Below, in pieces: positions 1 to 12,621 of a stretch of DNA of 64,000 nucleotides. Each line of letters starts with the position of its first letter. Position 1 is the stretch's first letter. Source of the stretch: Podarcis cretensis (Eukaryota); assembly GCA_951804945.1 (NCBI GenBank), contig OX638149.1:61876001-61940000 (forward strand), in the 5' to 3' direction. The notes beneath the pieces are model-generated. The model saw only the letters and a list, made by a program, of their open reading frames with translations. It did not search any database and was not told the origin of the DNA. Position numbers and translations under genes: made by a program.

Positions 1-219
1 CAGTCTGATAAACAAAAGGCAGAAGGACTTTTCCAGAGTCACTGGGGGCAGAATTCAGTGCTCTAGTGTTTTAAGGGTGACTCTTTTCTTCCTACTGTTG
101 CATTAATAGGATGGTGAAGTTTTCAAAAATATGCCCCCCAGATATTCAAAAACATGCCACCCAAATGTGATCTCAATTGTCATGACTTTTTACCATATTA
201 CAAGAAGTGGCTTCAATGA

Positions 220-426
<207 letters not shown>

Positions 427-1340
427 GGACTACTCCACAGCTAGCTTTGAAATGTATAAAATGAATAAAAACAATGGTTGTTTGGATCAACAACTTCAAA
501 ATACGTTTTTCTGGAAATGATAGTGCTAGAAAGTGTGTTCCCATAGACTGTTGGTTCTTCTCTGCAGGCTATTTCATACAATCTGAAGCAGTTAGTAGAA
601 GAAACCACGAGGGAATTAAGTTTATTGCAAGACTGCTATCGTGAGCGTGAGCAGTGCAACTTTAAAAAATACTTTTGACCTGTTAATGAAATCATACTAA
701 GTTGTACTCAGAGTAGAGTCAATGAAATAAATGAATTGAAGATATGCATGACTAAGTCAGTTGATTTCAATGGGTCTACTCTGAACATGGCATTGTTGGA
801 TACCGTTCTTTGATAGTTAAGTATTTTGAAACATAGCCAAGGTTCTTGACAAGGAGTCTGCTGGGATTTACTAATTGCAATTTCCCCCCCAGTTTTGGCC
901 TCCTTTAGATGGGCAAAACATTATTTTTCCTCAAGTATTTTTATATTACAACTGAAAAAAATAAAGTTTTATTATGTGTATTATAAATTTATTATGTGGA
1001 CTATGAGATTTTTGTATTGAGCCACCTGTTGAGACTTTGAGGTATCAGTCTTGTCAATTCTTTGTTTTGCTAACTTGTCACACTTGGTATTATATGCCCT
1101 TCTACATACAGGATAAAATCCCATCACCCATTAAGATTGTCATACTTTAAATCTGTAAACTGTAACAAGACATGCACAATACATCATGACATACTATTGC
1201 CTATCTGATGACAATCCAACAGATTCAGAATACCGCAATTGCCATTCGTAATCAGTACTGCTGCTTACGGTACATTGATTTGAGTTAAAGACCGATCTGG
1301 TTTTAACATACACCTGGATTCTTTGGCTACCTGAAATAAA
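427..1340 (+). other. PRMT3: PRMT3 3' UTR region with candidate polyadenylation signals
   Basis: AATAAA at 464-469, 726-731, 960-965 and 1335-1340 downstream of the stop codon. The signal actually used cannot be determined from sequence. Confidence 0.5.
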
Positions 1341-2009
1341 GAATAGCACAAATAGGCACATAGGTTTTGTTTTTTTAAAAGTCATGTGCAATCTGCTGCA
1401 ATACCATGAAAGATAGGTGAGCATTCTGTAACTCTTTAGAAAAATATTCTTTTCCCCTTCACTACTAGATGTTTGAGGCTATGCGCGTGTCTTTACAACA
1501 AATGGTGCAGAGGGCAAGATGGCAGCATGAAACAGTAGACACCTAAATAGGTTTAGTGTGAATTTATCTAATGCATTTTCTGCCCTCCAGCATGCAGTCA
1601 GAAGGAGTGACTGCCCCTAGCCTTTTAGTAATTATCCTTGTCACCTTAAGGACACTTGGCTATCCATTTTGTCACTTTCTCCTTGATTCTCTATGTATTG
1701 CAGAGAATTCAAGTGAGGTACTTGAGTGTGTTTTGAGATGAACTTTAGAGCAGGCTGGAGGTTCTGTCTATTTCAAAGATCTGCATGTGACCTGCCCTCC
1801 ACCTTGACATGTACACAGAACTGGGGAGTAGGGAAATGCTAGTCGTAGCCAAAGGGGTACACACGCTCATTTAAAGTGTTCTTGTCTGTGATGGAGGGAA
1901 CTGCAAAGGTCATCTTATTTAGCAGAAAATCCACTACTGCAGTACACCCAACAGGAGATTCCTTTAAGCAGAATCTGCTGCATGCCCACTTAGAAATGAG
2001 AGACCACCA

Positions 2010-2330
2010 CTGCCATCTTCAGAGATAGTCTTCTCCACTGTCAACACAGCCAGTGCAGTTGGGAACATTCTTACTAATGTTTAATCTAAATCATTTTCTG
2101 TTTTAATGTGAATCCGTTGGTTTAGATCCTACCCTCTGGAGCAAAAGAAAACCAGTTTTGCACATTTATGTAATAGCCCTTCAAATATTGGAAGAAAACT
2201 GTCATGTTGCCTTTTAAATATGGTAATCTCTTCTCCAGGCTAAACAGCTCCAGCTCTTCACATCCTTGTTCTCTATCCCCAAACCATCTGTGTTGTCATC
2301 CTCTAAATATATTCCAGTTTGCGGATCATC
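2010..2330 (-). mobile_element. Degraded CR1 LINE 3' fragment
   Basis: Collinear similarity to the CR1 at 40900-41220 (ctaatgtttaa, ctctggagca..agaaaac, tctcttctccaggctaaaca). Confidence 0.7.
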
Positions 2331-4744
2331 TCTATGCATTTGCAGTCATTGCTGTATAGAACACTTCTTTCCCTCCTGTCTCCATAAGGCTATAGCCTGG
2401 GCCATATTGGGAATTAACACTGCAAACTGATTCTGCATGAAGTTCAGTCACCAGGGAAAATTTTGTGATGTTCCACCAAGAGTGCTTAACTGCCCTTTCA
2501 TTTCCCTCAAAGATTGTTCTGTCAAGGGTGTGGGCCAATACATTTTTTGCTAACAAATTGTCACTAACTCCCCCATTTTTAGAACTTGCTTTTGCAGCCA
2601 AAATCATTGCCCCTTAATTTACCAACCTCTTTCCCGTCAGTGCATTACTAAAGAAAACGGTTCTTTTAATAAATTCTTACAAGTGGTGCTAATACTTAAA
2701 AATAAGATCTCGAATTAATCACATCACTAAATAGTTTATTAATGATGCAAAGCCACATGGGCTATTAAAGCTAAGAGGTTTGTCATTAGCTGATGTAACT
2801 ACAGTTTGTGCAGACTGTTTTTATATTTAATGATTCCTTTAACTATTTAAGGCAATGATATGACTAGCCATTGAAGATGGAACGTTTGCTGTATATAGGC
2901 ACCAGGTCTGGGAATCATGAAGAGTGCTATAGGGTAAACTCCTGTAGCTAATAATTAAAAGTTATTCAGAATGGGCAAATACTCCAGTATAATAATCATA
3001 AATCCCATTATTATTTTCATCTACTACCATTTTGCAATTGGCTATACGAAAATAATTTTCAAAGCTGTTTTTGGAGACATTTTCCAAAAGCTAGCTATGT
3101 TACACTGGGGAGAACACAGGAGCCCTATCACAGATAAGAAGCAAGAAAAAACTCTTGGACTGTGAGGTAAGCTATTACTCATCAGATTCCTTTTTAGTTG
3201 TTCCTGGATAAATTAGAATCGGTTGTATACATGTGGAGTTTCCAGAAATTCAGAAGTATTATCCAGAACTGAGTTTGACCCAACCTTTCCTGGTTATTTT
3301 TGCTAAAGTATAAAATAGGATTTATTTCTGGGTGTCAAGTGTATATAAAGAAATAAAACACGCTTCTATGGAACTGGAAAACAGTATTATCCCCACAAGG
3401 GAACTTTTCCATTTATAATACGCCACCAGATTATTTCGGAGTGTGTCAGCAACTGAGCTGCAAAACTGAGCATAGCTTTGTCATTGGACAAGGGAAAGCC
3501 ATTAATATGGCGGCTGCTCTGGGTCTTTTCTTAAGAAATGAGCCTCCTATTGGGGCCTTTAATAGATTTGGGGTTTTCCCCCATCTCACACTTTCTTGGT
3601 TGTCCTTTGTTTTTAATTCTCTAGGACATAGTGTGTTTACTTTAATGAGATGCAGGGCCTGTGATCCAGCAGGAAGAGTGCTTAATCTTAAACTCGACAA
3701 TGTTCTAATGGGTAAAGGAATGCAGAGAAGCATGACAGATCGTTTCATACAATCGCTGTAGCCGCCTGATTCAGATCCTTTAAAAAGAGGGTTATCCTTA
3801 TTCCCAGACGATGTCGAAGTGGCATGATTATATAAGAGTGCTTACTGATGGAGAAGTTGGACTGCGTGGTGGGGGGGGGCATACTGAAGAACACAAGGCT
3901 ACCTGGGCAATCCTAAAATGTGGGGAGAGGGGAAATCCCACAGCTGAAGAACTTCCTAATCGTTGCTGCCTCTATCTGGCTAGCATGGAAGAAGGTGGAA
4001 TTATCTTGTTTGCTCTGTCCACCACCCCTGATTTATTTATTTCTGTTGCTAATGTTCCCTTTGATATTAACATAATGGATAGAAAATCACTACACTCTCT
4101 CCAGGACTGGTGTAGGATTCTGCCCCCCTTTTCAGGATTGTTTCGGGAACAAGTATTTGGGATCCTGCAGGACCACATCCACCCTTTCTTAACCCTGTGA
4201 AAAACTGCTGATGGTACAATTACACCAGCTGAGCTTTATGGGGCCTCCTTAAGAGCATAAGTGCTGCCTCCACCTGCAGAGTAATACTTACACCATCTCC
4301 CAATACGTACTCCTTAGGCAGACTTTGACCTGCTTTAGAAGTGCAGCCTCTAGTATCATTCATAAACAAGGGACACTTGAAATACATAGGGCCTACAGAT
4401 GCTACCAAATGAGAAAATTGGGATCAAGTGTGAGAAGTCATGTCATCTCGGCCTACTTTCCTTGCTACAGGAGGTATCGAGCAAAACAGGGAAGCAGAAA
4501 AGGAAGTTGATAAACTCCCATGGACCGGTCAGTGTCTTGGACTAGGTCAAATCCCAGCAAAAGCAATAGTCACCAAACATTGTCCTTCGCTCACATGTGA
4601 GTACTGCAAGGCTGCCTCTGCAAATAGGCAGAGTGATCAGCTGCTTCAGGCAGCAAACCCTACTTTGTGTGTGCTGCTGCTTCCTGCCATTCTTCCTGAG
4701 CACCCTAGTTTGCATTGCACCACGTGAGCTGAAATGCTCATGTC

Positions 4745-4883
4745 ACAGAATCATAGAACTGTAGAGTTGGAAGGGGCCACAAGGGTCTAGTCCAACCCCT
4801 TGCAATGCAGGAATCTTTTTGTCCAACCTGATGCTCGAACCCACAGCCCTGAGATTAAGAGTCTCATGCTCTACCAATTGAGT
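4745..4883 (-). mobile_element. tRNA-Lys-derived SINE with CR1 3' tail
   Basis: Reverse complement has a tRNA-Lys-like head (ctcaattggtagagcatgagactcttaatctcaggg..gggttcgag) and ends in the CR1 tail ccttccaactctac..ttctatgattct, shared with the CR1 at 40749. Confidence 0.8.
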
Positions 4884-4982
4884 CTTCTGTCAGTTTTGAA
4901 GCAAGAGGCAACTTCTACTCCAGTCTGCTTCTGTATGTAAAATGGAGGACAAATCAACTTGACCTTCATCTTGGGCAACAAA

Positions 4983-5233
4983 GGGTTGTATCCAATGTAG
5001 TGCTAAGCTGAAGTCACTTAGCAATATACTTTTTCTGCTAGCAAAACATTTTGCACCATCAGGACATGGTTGCACAAGAGAATGCATACGCAAGTTGCTG
5101 CTAACTATGTTGCACAATAGATTGTGCAATCTGTTACACAATTCATTTCTGCTAGCAGAATTGTTGTGTTGGATTCCTTGGTTGTGCAACATTAAAGAAC
5201 CTTTGCACTAGCAGAGAACATTGGATGCAGCCC
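4983..5233. mobile_element. MITE with terminal inverted repeats
   Basis: gggttgtatccaatgt ... acattggatgcagccc termini and internal tgctagcag repeats. Confidence 0.6.
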
Positions 5234-6047
5234 AAAATGTCCTCAGCTGGTCCTAGGGAAAATAGCAATAAATTAAGTTCCAGATTTGGGGACTTTATTC
5301 AAGATAATCTGCACCATGGGTTGGAAAACCTAATGGCATTCTGCCATGCTAAGATAAACTTGCCTAAGCAGCTGGGAAAAGTGAAGGAGATGCTGTTAAG
5401 GTTTTTACTAAACACTTCCAACCATCTCAGATAGATGCTGGTAACAGTGGCAGCACATGAAATGATCCATTATAGCAACTAAATGCAAGTACCATGGAAT
5501 GAGCTCAGTGCTGCTTTTGACTTTCCACTGCTGCTGTTCCTACGGCTGTTGGCAGTGGGTAACCAAAGCTAAACACACAAAAAAAACCCCAAGCCACTTA
5601 ATGGGGCCCATACAAATTAAAGAGGAATAAAAATTACTCAACAAGTTAATTTGATTTTCCACTTGGGTATGACTCAAACTCCCATGGAAATGTGTATAAT
5701 GTAGTGGAATAAAGCTCTAGAGAACAAAATAGGGTTGGTGCACCCAGATAGTTGACTAATATATCCAAAAATGGATTCCATTGTGTTTTATAGTAGCGTC
5801 ACCAATATTCAGACACTGACATTTGTTTTAAGATGCTTTACACTGATCATTTTTATGTGGTTGGTGCAACTGAGCATTAAGGATACTGTTCTGTCGGCAC
5901 AAGCATTTCTGCATGTCTGGTGGAATGATCTCCACTATTCTCTCATCCCTCCAGAGCAGATTTGAGAAGGGGCAGGAGGTGTGAAAAGGGGAAGTCCCAT
6001 TGCACTGATTTCCTGTAGCTCAACTATCTAGAAGAAATTGGCCAATT

Positions 6048-6607
6048 ATTGAAATATACATTTGTTAAAAAACCAGAAGCTTTTCTACTAGGTATTGTAG
6101 GTATGGACATTAATAGACAAGATAACAAGTTATTTTTATAACGGCTGTGAGAATATTGTTGGCACAGAAATGGAAACAAGAATTGCTGACAAAGGAGGAC
6201 TGGCAGATAAAACTGATGGACTACGCAGAATTGGATAAAGTGACAGGAAGGATTCGTAACCAGCGGGACCAGAAGTTCTTGAAAGACTGGAGTATATATG
6301 CGAAATATTTGAAAGACAATTGTAGTAATTTGACTACGCTTGTAGGACTACAAGAAGTTGTGTAAGGAGAATAATACAAAATATTACAAAAAAGGATTTA
6401 GGAAACAGTTTTTATTGAAGATTTGAACTGTTAAAGTAATATGGACAATAACAAAGTGCAGAATTAAGACGTAAAGTTTGAAAATCATTGGTTGTGGTTG
6501 ATGGAAGTAGTAGGCTAAAACATAGCCAAATGGGCATACAAATTGAGAAGACATGTTGTGTTTTTATCTTTTGTTTGTTTGTGTAAAAATCAATAAAAAT
6601 ATTAAAA
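6048..6607 (+). mobile_element. 5'-truncated L1-type LINE
   Basis: ORF2 C-terminal remnant (KKPEAFLLGI...RILLAQKWK...W..KLMDYAEL), 3' UTR ending in aataaaaatattaaaaa, and a perfect 16-bp TSD AAGAAATTGGCCAATT (6032-6047 and 6608-6623). Confidence 0.85.
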
Positions 6608-7644
6608 AAGAAATTGGCCAATTGTATTTTTTTTACTAAGGATTACACCTATAGTAAACTCACAACATGGCTACTAAATTGTAAAGGTGTTCAAAACCTG
6701 AAGAGCTGGCAACCAGGAGAGGGGGTAGAAAGAAAGCTTAAGTCTACTGGTTCTTGGGCTAACAATGATCTTTCACTCTTCATTTAAATGGATTTTTCCC
6801 TGTTGCTGCCCCAGGAAGACTGGCAATTTGGAAGCACACTCACTCTGAAATGCCAAACCAAATTTCTTAACTTCTTCTCCATCCCGGCTTCCTGATGTTC
6901 TGTGGCAGTGATTCTCTTTAGGAGAGGGGGTGGACAGACTCACATGCTAGATACATGGACCGTAAGATATGATCATATGGGGCAGGCCAATTATGGGTCT
7001 CTCCTGGCATCTGGGAATAACGGGGGGAAGGCTAATGTTGCATCATGGTTATTGAACTTAACAAAGTTCAGTTGTATATACAATTGAGCTTTTATTGAAC
7101 CTCTCGATGAAGTGTGCAATGAACTAGTAATGAGCAACTTAGGTGGGGGAGGATCTCTTAATAGCATTGACCTTTGTCACATTACTGGATAGCCTTAACC
7201 CACTGTCCATTCAGCTGGAAAATTGGATTGGGGGAGTGCATGTGGTGGAACTTCTCTGCTATTCAGGAACTGTAGTAAAGCTATGCTTTCCCCATGTGAG
7301 TGAATTGATTCCTGCATTGGAAACAGAAACATAAGGAAACTACTAGTGGTGGTTCATTCCTTTTGTCTGTAAGCCACCTAACCAAAACTTTAAAAGACAG
7401 ATTTTCTAAGGTATTCATACCTCCAAATTTTCCCAAAACAACTGTAAAACCTCAGATTCATTACCTTATAAGATGACCTTTCCTCAAGCAGCAGTGAGGA
7501 ACTGATCTGGAGCAACCAATGTCCCCTTCCCCAGTGAAACAAGTTGTAGGTTAAGCATCCACCATCCCTATTCCCTTGCTCCCCATCATCCCTTATGATG
7601 CTGCTTTTCAAACATAAATCAATTCAAACCAGTTAAGTGCCTTT

Positions 7645-8020
7645 AAAAAGGCAAAGGACCCCTGACAGTTAAGTCTAGTCGCAAACGACTCTGGGGTTGC
7701 GGCGCTCAACTCGCTTTACTGGCCAAGGGAGCCGACGTTTGTTCGCAGACAGTTTTTCCGGGTCATGTGGCCAGCATGACTACGCCACTTCTGGCACAAT
7801 GGAACACAGAAACCAGAGCAGTGCATGGAAATGGCGTTTACCTTCCCGCCGGAGCGGTACCTATTTATCTACTTGCACTTTTTTGGCATGCTTTCGAACT
7901 GTTAGGTTGGCAGGAGCAGAGACCGAGCAATGGGAGCTCACCCCATCGTGGGGATTCAGACCATCAACCTTCTGATCAGCAAGCCCTAGGCTCAGTGGTT
8001 TAGACCACAGCACTACCCGC
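7645..8020 (-). mobile_element. Sauria SINE (Squam1-type)
   Basis: Reverse-complement similarity along its length to the element at 16198-16560 (ctatttatctacttgcac, ctttcgaactg.taggttggcagg). Confidence 0.85.
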
Positions 8021-8342
8021 CATCAATATATATGTGGGATATGTGCAAAAAGGAATAAATATATGACCTTTAAAAGTATTTCATAATCAATTATCAAATT
8101 GGAATAAAAGGTGATGGAATTGATTATTTCATCAGTAGACTATTAAAATATGGTGTTGTTTTTCTCAGTGTTCTTCAGTGATACTCTTGCTAGGCAAAAA
8201 TTCTTAGACAGCACAATTCTAACCATGTGGAATTCAGTAGGACTTAATTCCACGTAAGTGGGGTTGGGATTGCAGCCTCGATCATATAAATCAGATGCTT
8301 ACTTAGAAAATCCAGATCTGCTGGTTGGAACCACCTTATTCC

Positions 8343-8746
8343 CAGTGGCATAGTGTGGGTTGCCAGTGCCCGGGGCAAGGCAAGTATCCTTGGCACTGTC
8401 CACCGATAGGCTAGAATGAAGGGGCAATAGCTCAGCAACCTACCCGAGTGGCAACTGCAGTGCTCCATGAGCGGCGAGTACAGCAGAGAGTGGGATGGGG
8501 GATTGGTCAGGAGTGGGTATCTTTCTAAAGCCCTCCAGAAGGTGCCCTAGCAACCAGCCATCTCCCAAATCCACTCCGCAATCCACCCAGACAAATATTG
8601 GGAGATTTTCTGTGTGAGGGAGAGGCTGTGCTATTTTTAAAATTTATTATTACTACTTTATTCTTTTTTCTTTTGAAATTTTGCGCCCCTAAGAATTTTG
8701 CCCCCAGGGCAACTGGCCCTGGGGCCCCCCCAAAACTATGCCAATG
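8343..8746. mobile_element. hAT-type MITE
   Basis: Termini cagtggcatagt...actatgccaatg and an 8-bp TSD cttattcc/cttcttcc. Confidence 0.7.
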
Positions 8747-10285
8747 CTTCTTCCTGTTCCCCCATATTTTAAACCCCAGATTTTATGCTGGCATTCATAT
8801 GGCCCTGTTGTTACGTTCCATTATTTAGAAATGCTTTCCATTATTATACCACAACGTCAGTTTTCCAGGGTAAGCAGAGACATAAGGCTAATTTACCTTA
8901 TTTTCTGCTTCTGAATCAAGCTGCTAGCACTTTTCTCCCTGCTATCGCTATTTAATAAAGGTTGCCCTGATCGCCTCTTGAAGTTCAAATTTTAAAAGCC
9001 TTGGTGTGGCAGGCTGTTTTCTTTCAGCATTTCAAATCACTAAAATGTGATACAATTCAACAGTTAATATTAAACCTGCCTGAGAGAAGGTTGTTTTAGA
9101 AGTCTCTCTGAGCAGATCCAGCGCTTTGGGAAGGGCAGAGGACCAAACATCAATCCTGCCATTGCTGCTGAAATGATTCTCTGCTACTCCCCGATTGTGC
9201 AGGCATGAATCAATGGACAGACAAGAAGATAGTCTTGCCAGACATACAGTATCTAGGATTGGTAGCAGATACACAGGACTGTCTCAGGTAAATCCAGATG
9301 TGTGGAGAGTGAGCATGCTCATGAAATAATCTTGTTGGCTTTTTTTATATTTAAGGGGGTTCAAGCAAGCATCTAGATAACCGAAAAGGATATGTGCTGT
9401 TGTAGCCAATGATCTCTTAATCAATTTCACCATCATTGCAATCCTGTGAACCATCTGCCCCTTGGGAATCTGCCAGCATATTAAGCATTATGTCAGACTG
9501 ACTTATCTGGATGGCCAAGCAGTGGAAGAGCAGAATGAGAGAACCAAGATAAGAGGCCTTAACAGCCTATGTATTGTAGATGCAATGGAGGAGAAATATT
9601 CTGTTTTCTTTCACTAGGCCTGTGCTGTGCTGTTTGCATCTCTAGTGGGGAGAATAACTGAAGAGCATGTGTCCAGATTTTTTCCTGCATTTTCTCTACC
9701 TTTGCAAGTAGCTTCTGTATTTTAAGAAGGTTCCTCCCGCTTATGGTTTACACTTCCGCTTTTGTACTAAGATGCATGGAAATTAATTTAGCCAAGGACA
9801 TGGGAGTGCAAGTCCAGGTATATCTCACTAGATAGCCTTCATCAAGAGATACCTAAATGTCAGAACATACACACAGAAATATATAATTAACATTCTGATT
9901 AATTAACATTTTACTGTTTTAACCATAGTATGTTATTTGATCAGTATCTTGAATGTTGGGCTACTGAGGTATCTGCACAATAGATACAGAAAGAAGTTGG
10001 TTTAAATATTTATAATTCTGATATACTTCCTTTCAAAATGTCGTAATTTTTGAAAAGTTGTATGATATTTTCCAGGCTTAACTATATTTTGTCTGCACTT
10101 ACCCTCCTTATGCTATATTTCTGTATGTATATTCTTCATTTTATATCTCCCATGATAAAGGACATATTTTATATTATGCCTTTTTCCCTGATGGGACTCA
10201 AGGTGGCTTACAGATAAAAACAAGAATCAATAAAAACATAGAAAAACAACAACATAAAAAACTATTAAACATTGATAGAATTAAA

Positions 10286-10287
<2 letters not shown>

Positions 10288-10323
<36 letters not shown>

Positions 10324-10353
10324 TGTGTGGTGTGTGTGTGTGTGTGTGTGTGT
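10288..10353. repeat. (TG)n microsatellite
   Basis: Direct inspection. Confidence 0.95.
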
Positions 10354-10416
10354 GAAATATCTATTTAAAAATACACATAATTACAATAAAAACAGCCTGG
10401 GACCAGCCCCTCCATT

Positions 10417-10580
10417 CAGTGGCATAGCGTGGGGGGTGCAGGGGGGGCCGGCCGCACCGGGTGCAACATCTGGGGGGGGCACTCGCACTCGCAGCTCTCT
10501 GCCCCTACTAAAATCCACGGGTTAGGGAGCGCAAATTACTTGCCTTGCCCTGGGTGCTGACAACCCACGCTACGCCACTG
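10417..10580. mobile_element. hAT-type MITE nested in L2
   Basis: TIR cagtggc(a/g)tagcgtggg and a perfect 8-bp TSD CCTCCATT (10409-10416 and 10581-10588). Confidence 0.9.
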
Positions 10581-11376
10581 CCTCCATTAAAAGCAGCTCC
10601 CAAAAGCCTGGTTGCAACAAGAGTGTCTTTGTCTGTTGGCGGAAGCACAGGAAGGAGGGAGCCAGTGTAGCTTCTCCAGGGAGGAAATTCCAGAGTCTGG
10701 GAGCAGCCACCAAGAAGGCCCACTCCCACATCCCCACCAAGCATGCCTTTGAGAGTGGTGGGACCAAGAAAAGGTCCTATTTTAACTTGAAAAACATTGC
10801 AGTTCAATCAATTACCTCCAAGATTTTGCATTTATTGCTTAACTCTTTGCGCCCATTGTTGATTGGGTGCTGCCCTCTTACTGTGCTTTTTCACATATGT
10901 AAGAAGCAACTATTAAGGTGGCAGTCTTGTTTCCTCCTACCTGGGTATATATAACCCCAATTCAACTCAATGGGACTTACTTCTGGGTAGACATCCTTAG
11001 GATTGCACAAAAACTAACCAGACCCACCAAGAAGTGGCTTCTCTGAATTCATCCCTTGCTCTTTCTTCATCTAAATGCCTCTGTCCTCCTCACTCTTACT
11101 TGGAAAATGGTCCATTGTGGAGATATTCCAGAATTATACCTTTAATGTCCTGCTGCTGTCTGAGAAATATGCTAGTGAAGTGGATGGCAGTTGCAGGATC
11201 TGTATTCAATTGCTTTAACTTCAGAATAATAGGTCCTTTGTGCTCGCTTTTTCAAAAATTGCGCTTGCACAATGGAGGAAAAAATCCTGCCCAAAATAAA
11301 TTTGACAGTAGCCAAAAAGCTCAGCACTACAAATTATTCGCCATTGTTGAGAAATCAAACTCCTTTCTGTTGGAAA

Positions 11377-11377
<1 letters not shown>

Positions 11378-11423
<46 letters not shown>
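11378..11423. repeat. (TG)n microsatellite
   Basis: Direct inspection. Confidence 0.95.
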
Positions 11424-11427
<4 letters not shown>

Positions 11428-11849
11428 CTACTGAATTTCAGTCTTAAGGACTTATTTCTTTCACGTTCCACATATTGAGGAATGAAACCTGTCAGTGTAA
11501 AATAGGTCAGCACTTGTTCTGCTGCAAGATAAACCACACTTCAAAGTGAACCAAGCAAACTATTTTCCTCAGGAGGACCAGGCTGAACTTATTGGTACTT
11601 GGAGATAACTTCGTTCTCAGTAAATTTCTGGGGCAGAGACTATTGCTTGTCAAGGCGAATCCGGATTTTAGTGGTCATATAGCTGGTCAAGAAAACTGCA
11701 GGTGAGGTTTGTTTCCAAGGGTTCACCTTGTTTTACAGCAGCGGTGAGCAATCTTTGCCCACCACGGTTGTTGGATTCCATGTCCCATCAGTCCCAGTCA
11801 GCATGCCCAATGGTCAGGGATGTTGGGAGCTGCAGTCCAGTAACACCTA

Positions 11850-12120
11850 AGGGAGACTTACAGCGCCTGCTGTGGCTGTAGAGACCAATATAGGAGAGAC
11901 ATGTTTTGTTGCAGCTGGGGCAGATGAAGGCATCTGTAGGTGTTGATGCTGATGTAGGTGTGTCACGGCATTTATTCTTTCTGTGCTTCTCCCAGCGGTC
12001 ATTCCTCCTCTCGTCACTGCTGTGGATGCACAGCTGGACTGATTGTCTCCAGGCTCTGCAGCCATCTGCAAGGAATTCCCACACAGTGGGGTTGATGTTG
12101 CCAGCCTTCATGTCACGTAG
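11850..12120 (-). mobile_element. RTE-clade LINE ORF C-terminal fragment
   Basis: WE.LA..R.AWRQ motif plus terminal C2H2 finger FICPSCNKTCLSYIGLYSHSRRC in ORF 11788-12111. Confidence 0.7.
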
Positions 12121-12379
12121 CCTTCATGTAGGTTAAAAAACCCCCCTTGTATTCTACTGCCCCGCAGTTCAGTGCACCAGTACACCATTATTACTGTTTA
12201 TTACTGAGATTTGTTTATTTAGATAAACCCTTATTCTGAGCTTTTACTTGAACTTAGATTCAGTTTCAGCCTTGAGGGGAGATGTGGAATAAGGGTTCAG
12301 TTTAGTTTGACACCCTGACTGACATTTTTTTTGCTGAAACCATAGATGTCTATAAGGTGTGTATTCTAGAAATATGATA

Positions 12380-12621
12380 CAGTGGTACCTCAGGTTAAGT
12401 ACTTAATTCGTTCCGGAGGTCCGTTCTTAACCTGAAACCGTTCTTAACCTGAAGCACCACTTTAGCTAATGGGGCCTCCTGCTGCTGCTGCGCCGCCGGA
12501 GCACGATTTCTGTTCTCATCCTGAAGCAAAGTTCTTAACCTGAAGCACTATTTCTGGGTTAGTGGAGTCTGTGACCTGAAGCGTATGTAACCTGAAGCGT
12601 ATGTAACCCGAGGTACCACTG
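12380..12621. mobile_element. Tc1/mariner (pogo/Tigger-like) MITE, copy 1
   Basis: TA|cagtggtacctc...gaggtaccactg|TA, 242 bp. Confidence 0.9.

Larger units (their letters stand above)
10170..10790 (-). mobile_element. L2 LINE 3' fragment interrupted by (TG)n and a hAT MITE
   Basis: Minus-strand remnant AFLVAAPRLWNFLP is typical of the L2 ORF2 C-terminus, followed by a 3' UTR. Confidence 0.7.

Noticed and set aside
3400-4730. Cluster of overlapping 60-130 aa ORFs as a pseudogene or retroelement
   Set aside because: I could not recognise any protein family in any frame with confidence. BLASTx and Dfam searches would be needed.
4820-4883. tRNA-Lys gene
   Set aside because: The acceptor stem and 3' half are degenerate and it runs into a CR1 tail, so it is a SINE head.
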